Source: an uncultured bacterium (lineage in GTDB: Bacteria; Eisenbacteria; RBG-16-71-46). Taken from it: DNA of 64,000 nucleotides. Below the pieces are notes generated by a model. That model did not search any database. It was not told where the DNA came from and was given only the letters and a program-made list of their open reading frames with translations. Both the position numbers and the translations under genes were made by a program. Location of the stretch: positions 22,515 through 86,514 of the forward strand of contig CAZPVG010000001.1 of NCBI GenBank assembly GCA_964589945.1, given 5' to 3'. Of this stretch, positions 9,230-18,551 are shown in pieces (position 1 is the stretch's first letter; every line of letters starts with the position of its first letter).

Positions 9230-9943
9230 TCAGCTGTGGGTGCGGGCCGCCACCTGCGCGTCGGTGGTCGCGTGCACCTGGCGGACGATCGAGCGGTCGC
9301 TCGAGGTGATGATCAGCTGGCACCCCCGCTCGACGTTGACGACCTGCCGCACGAGCTTGCCGCTCGCGAGCGCCCCGCGCAGCCGCTTGCACGACGTGCA
9401 GAGCTTCGCCTTGCTGCTCCTGAGCGCGGAGATGACCCGGTTGTTGTAGAGGGCCACCGCGGCCTGCAGCTCGCGGACGTTCTCGGGGTTGTCCGCCGTG
9501 TACAGGATCATCGTGCCGTTGCGCAGGCCGACGACCTGCTCGTGCGCGCCGATCTGGGTCAGGTCCTCGCCGCAGGCCGCCTCGTCGGTGCAGACGGCGC
9601 AGTCGCCGTGCGCCGCCGCCGAGTGCATCGTGCAGTTGCCCGCCGCGGCCGCCGTCGCGCCGTCGGCGTAGGGGCAGCCGCCCGAGGCCATCTTCGCCTT
9701 GCAGGCCTCGGCGCTCATCGGGCAGTTGCCCGCCGCCGATGCCGGGCAGCCGTTCTGGGCGGCGGCGGTGGCGGTCGCGCCGTGCGCGCTGCAGTTGCCC
9801 TGGGCGCTGGCGGTCTTCGTGGCCGATGCCTTCGATCCGCACGAAGAGGCGTTCGCGGATTTCGCGCCTGGGCACGCGAAGGCGGCGGCGGCGAGCCAGG
9901 CGGTTGCGGCGATGGAAAGGGCGAGGAGTCGCAACAGCTTCAT
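9230..9943 (-). CDS. secreted Cys/Met/His-rich repeat protein (hypothetical; possible metal-binding)
   Basis: ATG at 9943 with GGGAGG 6 nt upstream. Signal peptide MKLLRLLALSIAATAWLAAAAFA. Then repeated GNC/GGC motifs (QGNCSAHGATA, NGCPASAAGNCPMSAEAC, GGCPYADGATAAAAGNCTMHSAAAHGDCAVCTDEAACGEDL) and a C-terminal globular region. Confidence 0.55.
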   Translation of the reverse strand: MKLLRLLALSIAATAWLAAAAFACPGAKSANASSCGSKASATKTASAQGNCSAHGATATAAAQNGCPASAAGNCPMSAEACKAKMASGGCPYADGATAAAAGNCTMHSAAAHGDCAVCTDEAACGEDLTQIGAHEQVVGLRNGTMILYTADNPENVRELQAAVALYNNRVISALRSSKAKLCTSCKRLRGALASGKLVRQVVNVERGCQLIITSSDRSIVRQVHATTDAQVAARTHS

Positions 9944-10119
9944 GTCCAACCTCCCGGAAGGTGGCGCGGACCCGGACGGGCCTCGCGAACGTCGCCTGAA
10001 GCATCGGCCGGCGTAGGGGAAAGTCTGTTCGCGGTCCTTCCGGCCGGTGTCAGTGAAGTGCAAAAGCTCCCCGGATCGGCGGCCCGCGGGCCCCGTTCGC
10101 GCGAGATTTCACCTGCTCG

Positions 10120-10148
10120 TTGACGCGTTACGGGCCGCTCCCTAGTGT
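10120..10148 (+). promoter_or_regulatory. sigma-70-like promoter candidate (TTGACG-N17-TAGTGT)
   Basis: TTGACG at 10120-10125 and TAGTGT at 10143-10148 with a 17-nt spacer, about 20 nt upstream of the ATG at 10169. Confidence 0.35.
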
Positions 10149-10168
10149 GCGCCGCGGACCGGAATCCC

Positions 10169-11359
10169 ATGCCCAAACGACGCTCGTCCTCGAAGAAGGG
10201 CCGCGGCCCCCTGTGGCTCGGACTGCTCGCCGCGCTCGCGCTGCTGCTCTTCGCCGGCGGCGAGCTGTACGGGTTCCTGCGTTCCGACGGCGCCCGGATC
10301 TTCCTGTGGCGAAACCTCTATCTCGGCGACCGGGCGCACGCCGTCCGCATCGTCGGCCGTCACGCCCGCGAAGGGCTCGCCGCGCTGGGCGTGCCCGCAT
10401 CCCGCGTCCGCGAGACGGTCATCGCCCGCGCCGGCCGGCCGCCCCTGCGCTGGACGGTGGACCTGCCGCGCGGCACCTCGCCGACGCAGGCCAACTACGC
10501 GGTGACGCAGGCGGTCCAGGCCGTGGGCGCGGAGGTGCTCGCCGCGCGCGAGGAGCCGGCGCCCGAAGGCGGACAGGTCGTCACGATGACCCTCGGGGTT
10601 CCCGGCCGGCCCACGCACGAGGTCGTGCTCGTGCGCCCGGGGGTGGATCCCGAATCGCCGGCGGCGACCGAGACGCGAGTCGCGATCGTGCTGTTCGGCC
10701 TCGCCGACGATCCGGCTTCGGCGAAAGCGCTGCTCGCACGGCCCGAGCCGTTCGCGGTGATCGCGCCCGCGATCGGCCAGGACAGCGACCCGCTGATCCG
10801 GCTCGCGCACGACTCGAAGCACCAGCTCGTGCTGCAGGTCCCGATGGAGCCCGAGGACTACCCGCGCGCGAACCCCGGCCCCGGCACGATGCTCGTCAAC
10901 ATGACCGCCGGCCGCATCGAGAAGATGACGCGCGACTACCTGGAGCACGCCGGCGGCGTGACCGCGGTGATGAACCTGCAGGGCTCCTTCGCGGCGCAGG
11001 ACGAGCCGTTCATGACCGCGTTCTACACCGAACTCAAGCACGCGGGCCTCACGTTCCTGCACCTCTCTCCGCCGCCGCGCTCGGTGGCCCGTCCGCTCGC
11101 GGCGCGCCTCGGCGTCGGCTACGACGAGCCCGACGCCATCCTCGACGACGAGGCCCGCAGCCGCACGACGAAGTCGCTCGACCGCGCGTGGGCCGCCCTG
11201 CTCGAGCGCAGGAAGGGCGGCCACACCGCCATCGTGCTGCTGCGGGCGACCCCGACGAGCGTGAAGTGGGCGCAGGAGGCGCTCGTGCCGAAGAAGCTCG
11301 AGGGTGAGGCGCACATCGTGCCGCTCTCGGCCGTGCTGCCGAAGATCGCGAAGGGCTGA
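10169..11359 (+). CDS. divergent polysaccharide deacetylase family protein (YibQ-like)
   Basis: N-terminal TM helix (PLWLGLLAALALLLFAGG), then a domain with AIVLFGLADDP...FAVIAPAIGQ...VLQVPMEPEDYPRANPGPGTML...TAVMNLQGS resembling the YibQ/DUF610-type divergent polysaccharide deacetylase fold. Confidence 0.7.
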   Translation: MPKRRSSSKKGRGPLWLGLLAALALLLFAGGELYGFLRSDGARIFLWRNLYLGDRAHAVRIVGRHAREGLAALGVPASRVRETVIARAGRPPLRWTVDLPRGTSPTQANYAVTQAVQAVGAEVLAAREEPAPEGGQVVTMTLGVPGRPTHEVVLVRPGVDPESPAATETRVAIVLFGLADDPASAKALLARPEPFAVIAPAIGQDSDPLIRLAHDSKHQLVLQVPMEPEDYPRANPGPGTMLVNMTAGRIEKMTRDYLEHAGGVTAVMNLQGSFAAQDEPFMTAFYTELKHAGLTFLHLSPPPRSVARPLAARLGVGYDEPDAILDDEARSRTTKSLDRAWAALLERRKGGHTAIVLLRATPTSVKWAQEALVPKKLEGEAHIVPLSAVLPKIAKG

Positions 11360-11401
11360 GCGGCGCGCCCGGGCGGGCGCGACCTGCTATCTTCCGCGCC
11401 G

Positions 11402-13417
11402 ATGTTCGACGGATCGAACGCTCCTCACGATTTCGCGGCGGCCACCGCGCGCGAATGGCTGCTCTCGGACGGCCGCGGCGGGTACGCCGCGGGCACGGCC
11501 TCGGGTGCGCCCACGCGCCGTGCGCACGCGCTGCTCGCGGCCCAGGCCGCATGGGGGCAGCCCGTGGCGCTCGTGCTGCGCTTCGAGGAGAAGCTCACGA
11601 CCGCCGCCGCGTCGCACGAGCTGTCGTCCTCGTGGTGGGCGCGGCCGGGCAGCGCGCCGGTGCCGCGCGCGGGGGCGTTCGAGCAGCTCGTCTCGTTCAC
11701 CGCCGACCCGTGGCCGGTGTGGACCTGGCGCTTCGACGACGTCGTGATCGAGCGCGCGCTGCGGCTCGTGGACGGCCACTCGGCGCTCGTCGCGTCGTGG
11801 ACGCTGCGCGAGGGCGGGCCGGTGCGGCTGAGCGTGGCGCCGCTGATCGCGGCCCGCGACCCGCTCTCGCTGCAGCGCGAGACGCCCGAGTTCCGCGGCG
11901 CGACGCAGGGCATCCCGGGGCGCGTGCTCGTCGAGACGCTGCCGGGCTGGCCGTCCGTGACGCTGTGGCACAACGGGGCGTACGTGCCCGCGCGCGGCTG
12001 GGCGAACGCGCTCGCCTACCCGCTCGACGCCGAGGACGCCGACGACGGCGACCCGGCCGCCGAGGGCGAGGACGCGTTCCGCCCCGGCTGGGTGCAGGCT
12101 TCGCTCGGCGCGCCCGGCGCGGCGCTGCACGTCGTGCTCTCCTCCGAGGAAGCGCTGTTCCGCTCGCTCGCCTCCGAGCTGCGGCTGGGCACGCCGCCCG
12201 CGCGCACGCTTCACGACTGCGTCGCGGCGCTGGATCGGGCGCAGCGCGGACGGCTCGGGGCCGAGCGCCGGGCGGCGCTCGAGGGGCTCGACTTCACCGC
12301 CCGGCAGGCGGCCGCGGCCCGCGGCAACGGCGCCGACCGCGTCGCACGCCGCCTCGAGCCGTTCGTGGACGCGGGCGATCCGCTCGCGGCGCCGCTCGCC
12401 GCCCAGGTGCGTGCGGCGCTGGTCACGCGCCACGGCCGGCTCACGCTGGTCGGCACCTGGCCCGAGATGGCCGAGCGCGGCTCCGACACGCTCCGCGCGG
12501 CGGCAGCGCTCGTCACGCTGCGCGACTTCGAGTCGGTGCGCGCGATCGCCCGCGGCTACCTCGACTACCTCGACGAGGGCCTCGCGCCCGAGTCGTTCGA
12601 TCCCGGAGACGGCACGCCCCGCTACGGCGACCCCGAGCCCTCGCTCTGGCTCGTGAACCTCGTGGATCTGCTCGCGCGCCGCGCCGAGGGCACCCCGGGC
12701 CAGGCGGAGTTCCTCGAGCAGGCGTGGCCGGCGCTCGAGCAGGTGCTTCACCACCTGCGCTCGGGCTCGCGGTACGGCGTCCACTGCGACCGCGAGGGGT
12801 TCCTCTGGTGCGGCGAGGGCGACACGGCGCGGGCGCGCGCGGGCACGAACGCGCTCTGGTACCACGGGCTCGTCGCCATGGCGCAGGTCGCGAAGCTGCT
12901 CGGCCGGCGCGAGAACGCGGCCTTCTACCTCGCGTGGGCGCACGAGCTGCAGCGCGGCTTCGCCGAGCGCTTCTGGGATGAGGAGGCCGGCTGCCTGTTC
13001 GAGTCGCTCACGCCCACGGGCGTCGTGCGCGGGCTGTCGGCGCCGCAGATCTGGGCGGCGGGCCTGCCGCCGACGCTGCTGCCGCTGCCGCTCGCGCAGC
13101 GGCTGCTGCGCACGGTCGAGCGCGAGCTGTCGGCGCGGGGTGGGCTGCTGGACCGGCCCGGCGAGGGCGGGCCGCGCGGCGAGTGGCTGGGCACGTGGGT
13201 CGCGGCGATGCTGCGCGTGCTCGCGCGGGAGGAAGGCGCGCCGGCCCTCGTGTACGCGCGGCTCGAGCGGGTCGTCACGCAGGTCCGCGAGCTGGGCGTG
13301 CTGCCCGGCGGCGACGCGCGCCGGCGCTTCTCGGCGCTCGCGGCGGCGGTGCTGCTGCGGGCGTGGATCGAGGACGTGGACCGCGAGGCGGTCGCGTCGG
13401 GCGCCCCCGGCCGCTGA
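11402..13417 (+). CDS. glycogen debranching enzyme-type protein (GDE N-terminal domain plus amylo-alpha-1,6-glucosidase)
   Basis: N-terminus AREWLLSDGRGGYAAGTASGAPTRRAHALL matches the archaeal-type GDE_N signature (EWL.tNG.GGYA.gT..G..TRRYHGLL). Later WLVNLVDLL...GFLWCGEGDTARARAGTNALWYHGL matches the six-hairpin glucosidase core. Confidence 0.75.
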   Translation: MFDGSNAPHDFAAATAREWLLSDGRGGYAAGTASGAPTRRAHALLAAQAAWGQPVALVLRFEEKLTTAAASHELSSSWWARPGSAPVPRAGAFEQLVSFTADPWPVWTWRFDDVVIERALRLVDGHSALVASWTLREGGPVRLSVAPLIAARDPLSLQRETPEFRGATQGIPGRVLVETLPGWPSVTLWHNGAYVPARGWANALAYPLDAEDADDGDPAAEGEDAFRPGWVQASLGAPGAALHVVLSSEEALFRSLASELRLGTPPARTLHDCVAALDRAQRGRLGAERRAALEGLDFTARQAAAARGNGADRVARRLEPFVDAGDPLAAPLAAQVRAALVTRHGRLTLVGTWPEMAERGSDTLRAAAALVTLRDFESVRAIARGYLDYLDEGLAPESFDPGDGTPRYGDPEPSLWLVNLVDLLARRAEGTPGQAEFLEQAWPALEQVLHHLRSGSRYGVHCDREGFLWCGEGDTARARAGTNALWYHGLVAMAQVAKLLGRRENAAFYLAWAHELQRGFAERFWDEEAGCLFESLTPTGVVRGLSAPQIWAAGLPPTLLPLPLAQRLLRTVERELSARGGLLDRPGEGGPRGEWLGTWVAAMLRVLAREEGAPALVYARLERVVTQVRELGVLPGGDARRRFSALAAAVLLRAWIEDVDREAVASGAPGR

Positions 13418-13816
13418 CGCACGAGGCCGCGACGCCGCGAGAGCCCGCCGAAGACGCGCCGCCATTCGCATCTTTCTCGTCCCGGACCTGCCGCGCGTGT
13501 CGTCACAGGTGACACTTTGTGTCCACTCCGGTGACAGGGGTGACCACTTCGTTGGGAGTCGCCCGTTTCAGGACCGCAACGCTCCCGGGGAGCAGCTGCC
13601 CTTCCCGCAACGTGGTGCGGGCGCGGGAGCGTTCCAGCGCTCCGGCGTGCCATCGCAGGCACGTACCTTGCTGTCCCCCGAACAACGGACGTGAAGCCGC
13701 GCTGCATGGGCACGGCATTGACGGCACGTCCAGGGCTCGTACCCGTCTTCGCATCGCCGCCGCCGGGTGGCAGTCCGGCGGCGGCCGCGGAGATTCCAGG
13801 CACGTCAGAGAAGTGC

Positions 13817-13857
13817 GAAAAGCCGCGAGCGGGTCACCTCCCAGGCTCGCGGCTTTC
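13817..13857 (-). terminator. intrinsic terminator-like hairpin downstream of asmA-family gene (readable on both strands)
   Basis: AAAGCCGCGAGC-gggtcacctcccag-GCTCGCGGCTTT: a 12-bp perfect stem 18 nt after the minus-strand stop at 13875. It is followed by TTTTC on the minus strand and TTTC on the plus strand. Confidence 0.5.
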
Positions 13858-13874
13858 GCGCGTCCGCGCGGCGG

Positions 13875-16487
13875 TCAGTGCGGTGACGTGTCGGCCGGCG
13901 CGGGCGCGGGCGGCGGCGCGCTCTTCTTCCCGAGCCCGCCGAAGAAGTTCTGCAGCGCCCCGCCGGCCGCCTTGCGCAGGCTGTCCTTCGCCGCCTCGAC
14001 CTGCTGCCGGGGCGTGGCGCCCCCGGCGCTGTCGGCGGCGAGGCCGAGCCGCTGCTGCAGCGCGCTCGCAGCGGCCTGCTTCGCCTCCGCCTCGAGCTTC
14101 GCCTTCTGCTCGGCGATCGCCTGCGAGGCCCGGCCGGCCAGGCGGTCGCGCATCGCCTGCGTGTTCCACGCGACGCGCGGCGCTTTCGCCGTGCCGCCCA
14201 CGTGCAGGTCGATGAGCGTGCGCCCCTGGTCGTCGGCCAGCGCGCCGGCCGCGAGCGCCGACTTCGCATTCAGCGCTTCGGTGACCTGCTGCGGCAGGGT
14301 GATGCTGACCGCGTAGTCGAGCGCGCCGTCGAAGCCGACCGCGCCGGACATCTTCCAGTCGCCGCTCGGCCCCGAGAGCGTCGCCTCGTCGGTGATGATG
14401 CGGCCGTTCTCGATCCGCATCGGCAGCTTGAAGTCCTTGAACTTCACCTCCCTGAGCTGCGGCACCTTCACGAGGTCGGCGATCGCCTGCAGGGTCGGCC
14501 CCGGCCCCAGCTGGCCGTCCGAGAGCGCGGCGAGCCCGACGAGCGTGAGCGTGCGCTTGAGGTCCGCGGGCTGGTCGCCCGCGCCCGAGAACGTGAGGTC
14601 GGTGCTGAGCGTGCCGCGCAGCAGGTTCTTCGCCGGCGTCCACACCGACAGGAGCGAGTCCGCGTTCACGTCGGTGACCTTCGTCCTGATCTCGTAGGCC
14701 GGCTTCGCCGTGTCGCGCAGGTCGAACTTCGCGCTGCCGGCGATGTCGCCACCGTAGCCCTGCAGCGAGAAGTTCTGCGCGTCGAGCGCCGCGGGCGCGA
14801 GCGCGACCGTGGCGCTCACGTTCTTCACGTCGAGCGCGCCCTGCCGGAGATGCGTGATGCTCACCTTGCCGCCGCCCTTCGCGTTCGGCAGGAACGGGGC
14901 GCCGGGCGTGGTGGGCAGCAGCTCGGCGAGGTCGAGGTTCGGCGAGCGGAAATCGAACGTGACGCCCGCGGGCGGCACCGAGTCCGGCTTCGCCATGAGC
15001 GCGAGCGGCCGCGTGACCGTGGCGTCGAGCGTGTAGGAGGACGCGCCCGCCTTCGCGGTGAGGCCCTTCACCTCGGCGCGCTGCGTCGAGAGCAGCACGG
15101 TGCCGTTCACGTCCTCGATCTTCTTCGGCAGGTCCTTCGCCTCGACGCTCACGTTCTTCAGCTGCGCGCGGCCGTCGAGCGCGATCGAGCCGGGATCCTT
15201 CGCGCGGCCGCTGCCGCGCACGTCGAGGTCGGCGCGGCCCCCGAGCTTCGTGCCCTGCTCGGCGACGAGCGGCGCCACCGCGGCGAGGTCCACGTTGCCC
15301 TTCACGGAGAAGTCCACGAGCGGATCCGCGAAGCGGCGCGCGAGCAGCCGCGCGCTCACCGGCTGGCCCGACACCGTGCAGGCGAGGTCGGGGATGCTCA
15401 CCGTGTCGGGCGCGAAGCGCGCACGGAACGACAGGCCGTCCACGCCCACCGGCGCCCCCGCGTACCTGAACGAGGCGTCCTGGACGCCCAGCCAGCCCGT
15501 CACCGCGGGAATCGCCGGCGGCGCGCCGGGCGCGGGCGCCGCGCCGCGGGCGGCGAGGTCGAACGCCATCGAGCCGCGACCCGAGAGGCCCTGCACGGCC
15601 TTCGCGTCGGCGACCGAGACCCACCCGAGCACCTGGCCGAAGTCCACGCCGTCGCCCTTCGCGCGCAGGTCGAAGCGCGCGTGCGGGCCCGGGTCGTCCA
15701 CGACGCCGCTCACGGCGAGCTGGGCCTTGCCGAGTTCGAGCGCGAGCCTGCCGAGCGCGAGCCGGTTCTGCTTCGCGTCGTACTTGCCGTCGTGGTCGAG
15801 CTTGAAGACGAGCTTCGAGAGGCCGTTGTCGAGGTCGCTCATGCGCGCCGCCGAGAGCGGCCCGAACGCGAGGCCGGTGATCTCGGTACGGCCCCTCGTG
15901 GCGATCCGCTGCCCGCCGCCCTCGGCCGAGAGCGAGGTCGTCGTCGCGAGCTCGAACGTCGTGCGCCGCCGGGCCTTGAGGTCGTCCACGAGGACGCGGC
16001 CGCCGCGGATCGCGAACGTGCGCACTTCGAGGTCCATCGCGGGCGGCGCCTTGGCGCCCGGCTGCGGCGGCGCGCCGAGGTTGTCCAGGTTCGTACTGCC
16101 GTCGGCGTTCAGCACCAGGTGCAGCGCCGGGTCCACGATCGCGAGCCGCGTCACGCGCACCCTGCGCCCGAGCAGCGCGAACACGTCGAGGTCGAGGTCC
16201 ACGGACTTCGCCGAGAAGGCGGCGCCGTTGGCGAACCCGCCCGGCTCGGCGAGCTCGAGCTTGCGCACCGAGAGCCGCACCGGAGGCCAGAGTCCTACGG
16301 ACGCGCCCTCGAAGCGCGCCTCGCGGCGGAGCGCGGTGTGGAGCTGGGTCTCGACGAGGGACTTGACGCGCGCCGGCGGCAGCAGGATCGCGAGCGCGAT
16401 CCAGGCGCCCACGACGATCGCCACGACGACGATGGCGGCGAGGACGAGCGGGCGCGTGAGCGCGGACTTCTTCGCGGGTGCGTTCAT
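13875..16487 (-). CDS. AsmA-family outer-membrane assembly protein
   Basis: N-terminal signal-anchor (MNAPAKKSALTRPLVLAAIVVVAIVVGAWIALAILL), long beta-rich repeats and an AsmA_2-like C-terminal region (FKDFKLPMRIENGRIITDEATLSGPSGDWKMSGAVGFDGALDYAVSITLP). The alternative overlapping minus frame 13834..16533 is Arg-rich and rejected. Confidence 0.75.
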   Translation of the reverse strand: MNAPAKKSALTRPLVLAAIVVVAIVVGAWIALAILLPPARVKSLVETQLHTALRREARFEGASVGLWPPVRLSVRKLELAEPGGFANGAAFSAKSVDLDLDVFALLGRRVRVTRLAIVDPALHLVLNADGSTNLDNLGAPPQPGAKAPPAMDLEVRTFAIRGGRVLVDDLKARRRTTFELATTTSLSAEGGGQRIATRGRTEITGLAFGPLSAARMSDLDNGLSKLVFKLDHDGKYDAKQNRLALGRLALELGKAQLAVSGVVDDPGPHARFDLRAKGDGVDFGQVLGWVSVADAKAVQGLSGRGSMAFDLAARGAAPAPGAPPAIPAVTGWLGVQDASFRYAGAPVGVDGLSFRARFAPDTVSIPDLACTVSGQPVSARLLARRFADPLVDFSVKGNVDLAAVAPLVAEQGTKLGGRADLDVRGSGRAKDPGSIALDGRAQLKNVSVEAKDLPKKIEDVNGTVLLSTQRAEVKGLTAKAGASSYTLDATVTRPLALMAKPDSVPPAGVTFDFRSPNLDLAELLPTTPGAPFLPNAKGGGKVSITHLRQGALDVKNVSATVALAPAALDAQNFSLQGYGGDIAGSAKFDLRDTAKPAYEIRTKVTDVNADSLLSVWTPAKNLLRGTLSTDLTFSGAGDQPADLKRTLTLVGLAALSDGQLGPGPTLQAIADLVKVPQLREVKFKDFKLPMRIENGRIITDEATLSGPSGDWKMSGAVGFDGALDYAVSITLPQQVTEALNAKSALAAGALADDQGRTLIDLHVGGTAKAPRVAWNTQAMRDRLAGRASQAIAEQKAKLEAEAKQAAASALQQRLGLAADSAGGATPRQQVEAAKDSLRKAAGGALQNFFGGLGKKSAPPPAPAPADTSPH

Positions 16488-16650
16488 GGGCGGGACTATA
16501 GCGCGGGCGCGCGCGGCGGCCAGCGGGCGTCACCCCGCGGGGCGCGCCGCCCGGAGCCGGCCCGGGAAGCGAACGCGGGCGGAACGGTACGCGCGGAAAC
16601 GCCCGCGACGGAATGGACCCGCCACGGACCCCGCGCTACCCTGCGGCGCC

Positions 16651-17307
16651 ATGGCGCCACTCTCCGAAAGCGTCTTCGCCGAGCTCGCCGAGCACCGGCT
16701 CGTCGCGGTCATCCGCGCCGCGCACCCGGACTGGGCGTTCGGGGCCGCGCAGGCCGTGATCCGCGGCGGCATCCGACTCGTGGAGGTGACCTACTCCGTG
16801 CCGGACGCGCCGTCGGTCATGCACCGGCTCCGCGGAGCGAATGCCGTGATCGGCGCGGGCACCGTGCTCACGCCCGACGAGGCGCGCGCGGCGCTCGAGG
16901 CCGGCGCCCAGTTCATCATCGCCCCGAACATGTCCCCCGCGATCGCGGCGATCGCCCGCGAGGCCGGCGTGCTCTACTGCCCGGGCGCCTACACGACCAC
17001 CGAGATCGTGGCCGCGCGCGACCACGGCGCGCACGTCGTGAAGGTCTATCCGGTCGGCGTCGCCGGCGGGCCCGACTACATCAAGGTCATCCGCGACCCG
17101 CTGCCGAACATCCCGATGCTCGCCGCGGGCGGCACGAACCTCGGCAACGTCGGGCCGTTCCTCGACGCGGGCTGCGTCGGCGTGGGGCTCGGCGGCTCGC
17201 TCGCCGACCCGGCGCTCGCCGCCGCCGGCCGCTTCGACGAGATCGAAGCCCGCGCGCGCGCCTTCACCGACCTCATCGAGAAGCGCAGGGCCGGGGCCAG
17301 CGCGTGA
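16651..17307 (+). CDS. eda: 2-dehydro-3-deoxyphosphogluconate / 4-hydroxy-2-oxoglutarate aldolase
   Basis: MAPLSESVFAELAEHRLVAVIRA...VEVTYSVPDAPSVM...AVIGAGTVLTPDEARAALEAGAQFIIAPN...VKVYPV...GGTNLGNVGPFLDAGCVGVGLGGSL matches the KDPG aldolase TIM-barrel signature. Confidence 0.8.
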   Translation: MAPLSESVFAELAEHRLVAVIRAAHPDWAFGAAQAVIRGGIRLVEVTYSVPDAPSVMHRLRGANAVIGAGTVLTPDEARAALEAGAQFIIAPNMSPAIAAIAREAGVLYCPGAYTTTEIVAARDHGAHVVKVYPVGVAGGPDYIKVIRDPLPNIPMLAAGGTNLGNVGPFLDAGCVGVGLGGSLADPALAAAGRFDEIEARARAFTDLIEKRRAGASA

Positions 17308-18536
17308 AGGGCCGGCTCGCCGCCGCGCTCTCGCTGCTCGTGCTGCTCGCCCCCGTCGCGCGCGCGAGCGTGGAGGAATTCTCGACGTTCGACCTCGCCC
17401 CGCTGGAGCAGGACGACGAGAACTTCCTCGACCACTGGCTGACCCGCGTGCCGCTCCGGTGGGACGACGAGTACCGGGCGGCGACCGGCGCCTTCCGGAC
17501 GAGCCAGGGCTGCTACACCTCCGGCGAGTGGTTCATGAAGAACGACTTCAAGGTGCGCGCCGCGCTCGGCCGGAAGACCTACCTCGACCTCGTCTACACG
17601 CGCATGGACGACGACGTGGCGACCTGGGAGTGGATGCGGTTCGACTTCCGCTTCGCCACCGACCACACCGGCACGTTCGGTTTCCGCTTCCAGCCCTCGC
17701 ACGACAAGAGCCAGCACGACTTCGCGCTGCTCTGGGACGGGGGCGTGCCGAACGGCCCGCTCGAGGTGAACGCCACGTTCACGCTCGAGGACGCGTTCAA
17801 CTCGCTCTGGGAGTTCCGGCAGGCGCGCGTCGGCGAGAGCTACTCGCCCTACCGCGCGCACCCCGTCGAGCCCGCGCTGCGGATCGCCTCGCACGGCGCG
17901 CACCACCGCTTCGAGCTGAACGGCAAGTGGCTCACGCCCCTGCGCCAGGACCATCTCCAGGACCCCGACACGACGCTGAACGGCACCCACACGCTGTGGG
18001 GCTCGAAGGGCTCGATGCTCGCGTCGGTGGACGTCGGCCGCTGGACGCTCGAGGGCCGCTTCGAGGACGAGCAGGTGCGCTCCTCCCACACCCGGCCGTC
18101 CCTGGCGGGCGACGACCGCCGTCTCCAGCGGCGGTGGCAGGCCGAGGCGGCGCTCCAGCGCTCGCTCGGCGGCACCTGGCGCTCCGAGCTGCGGTGGGCC
18201 TACCAGGACCGCATGGAGGACTGGCGTCCGCCACCCACCCTTGCCAACATGCGGGCGCTCGACCGCGGGCTCGCCTTCGAGATCTCGGGACAGCCGCGCG
18301 AGGACTGGCACCTCCGCGTGGGGTACCTCCACGACCGCATCCTGATCGCGGAACACGGCACGGTCCCGGCGTTCACCTGGGGCACCCGCAAGGAGTCGCG
18401 TGCCTACATCGGTCTCGAGGCGTTGTTCGGGCGCGTGCGCGTGCAGGGCATCGAGGGCATCGAGCTGGACCAGGAGCCCTACGACGTCACCTGGCATCAC
18501 GACAAGGGATTCCTGCAGCTGCAGACCACCTTCTAG
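17304..18536 (+). CDS. exported beta-rich protein, probable outer-membrane beta-barrel (hypothetical)
   Basis: GTG at 17304 overlaps the eda stop (GTGA). Signal peptide VKGRLAAALSLLVLLAPVARA. Aromatic-rich alternating pattern and a C-terminal ...FLQLQTTF ending in Phe, typical of OMP barrels. It is the 3' part of a 1444-aa artefactual ORF. Confidence 0.55.
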   Translation: MKGRLAAALSLLVLLAPVARASVEEFSTFDLAPLEQDDENFLDHWLTRVPLRWDDEYRAATGAFRTSQGCYTSGEWFMKNDFKVRAALGRKTYLDLVYTRMDDDVATWEWMRFDFRFATDHTGTFGFRFQPSHDKSQHDFALLWDGGVPNGPLEVNATFTLEDAFNSLWEFRQARVGESYSPYRAHPVEPALRIASHGAHHRFELNGKWLTPLRQDHLQDPDTTLNGTHTLWGSKGSMLASVDVGRWTLEGRFEDEQVRSSHTRPSLAGDDRRLQRRWQAEAALQRSLGGTWRSELRWAYQDRMEDWRPPPTLANMRALDRGLAFEISGQPREDWHLRVGYLHDRILIAEHGTVPAFTWGTRKESRAYIGLEALFGRVRVQGIEGIELDQEPYDVTWHHDKGFLQLQTTF

Positions 18537-18551
18537 TCCCGGAGGGCCGTC

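Noticed and set aside
11387-13471. 694-aa minus-strand ORF antisense to the glycogen-debranching-type gene
   Set aside because: Arg/Ala/Pro-rich low-complexity translation with no motifs. The plus-strand frame has a clear GDE_N signature.
13834-16533. 899-aa minus-strand ORF overlapping the AsmA-family ORF in another frame
   Set aside because: The translation is dominated by Arg/Ala/Gly/Pro runs with no domain signal. The 13875-16487 frame has the signal anchor and AsmA-like features.
14202-18536. 1444-aa plus-strand ORF spanning asmA (antisense), eda and beyond
   Set aside because: The first about 1000 aa are Arg/Glu/Asp/Ala-rich low-complexity sequence antisense to a well-supported AsmA-family gene. 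Only the 3' 410 aa (17304-18536) look like a real, exported protein. This is a typical high-GC read-through artefact.
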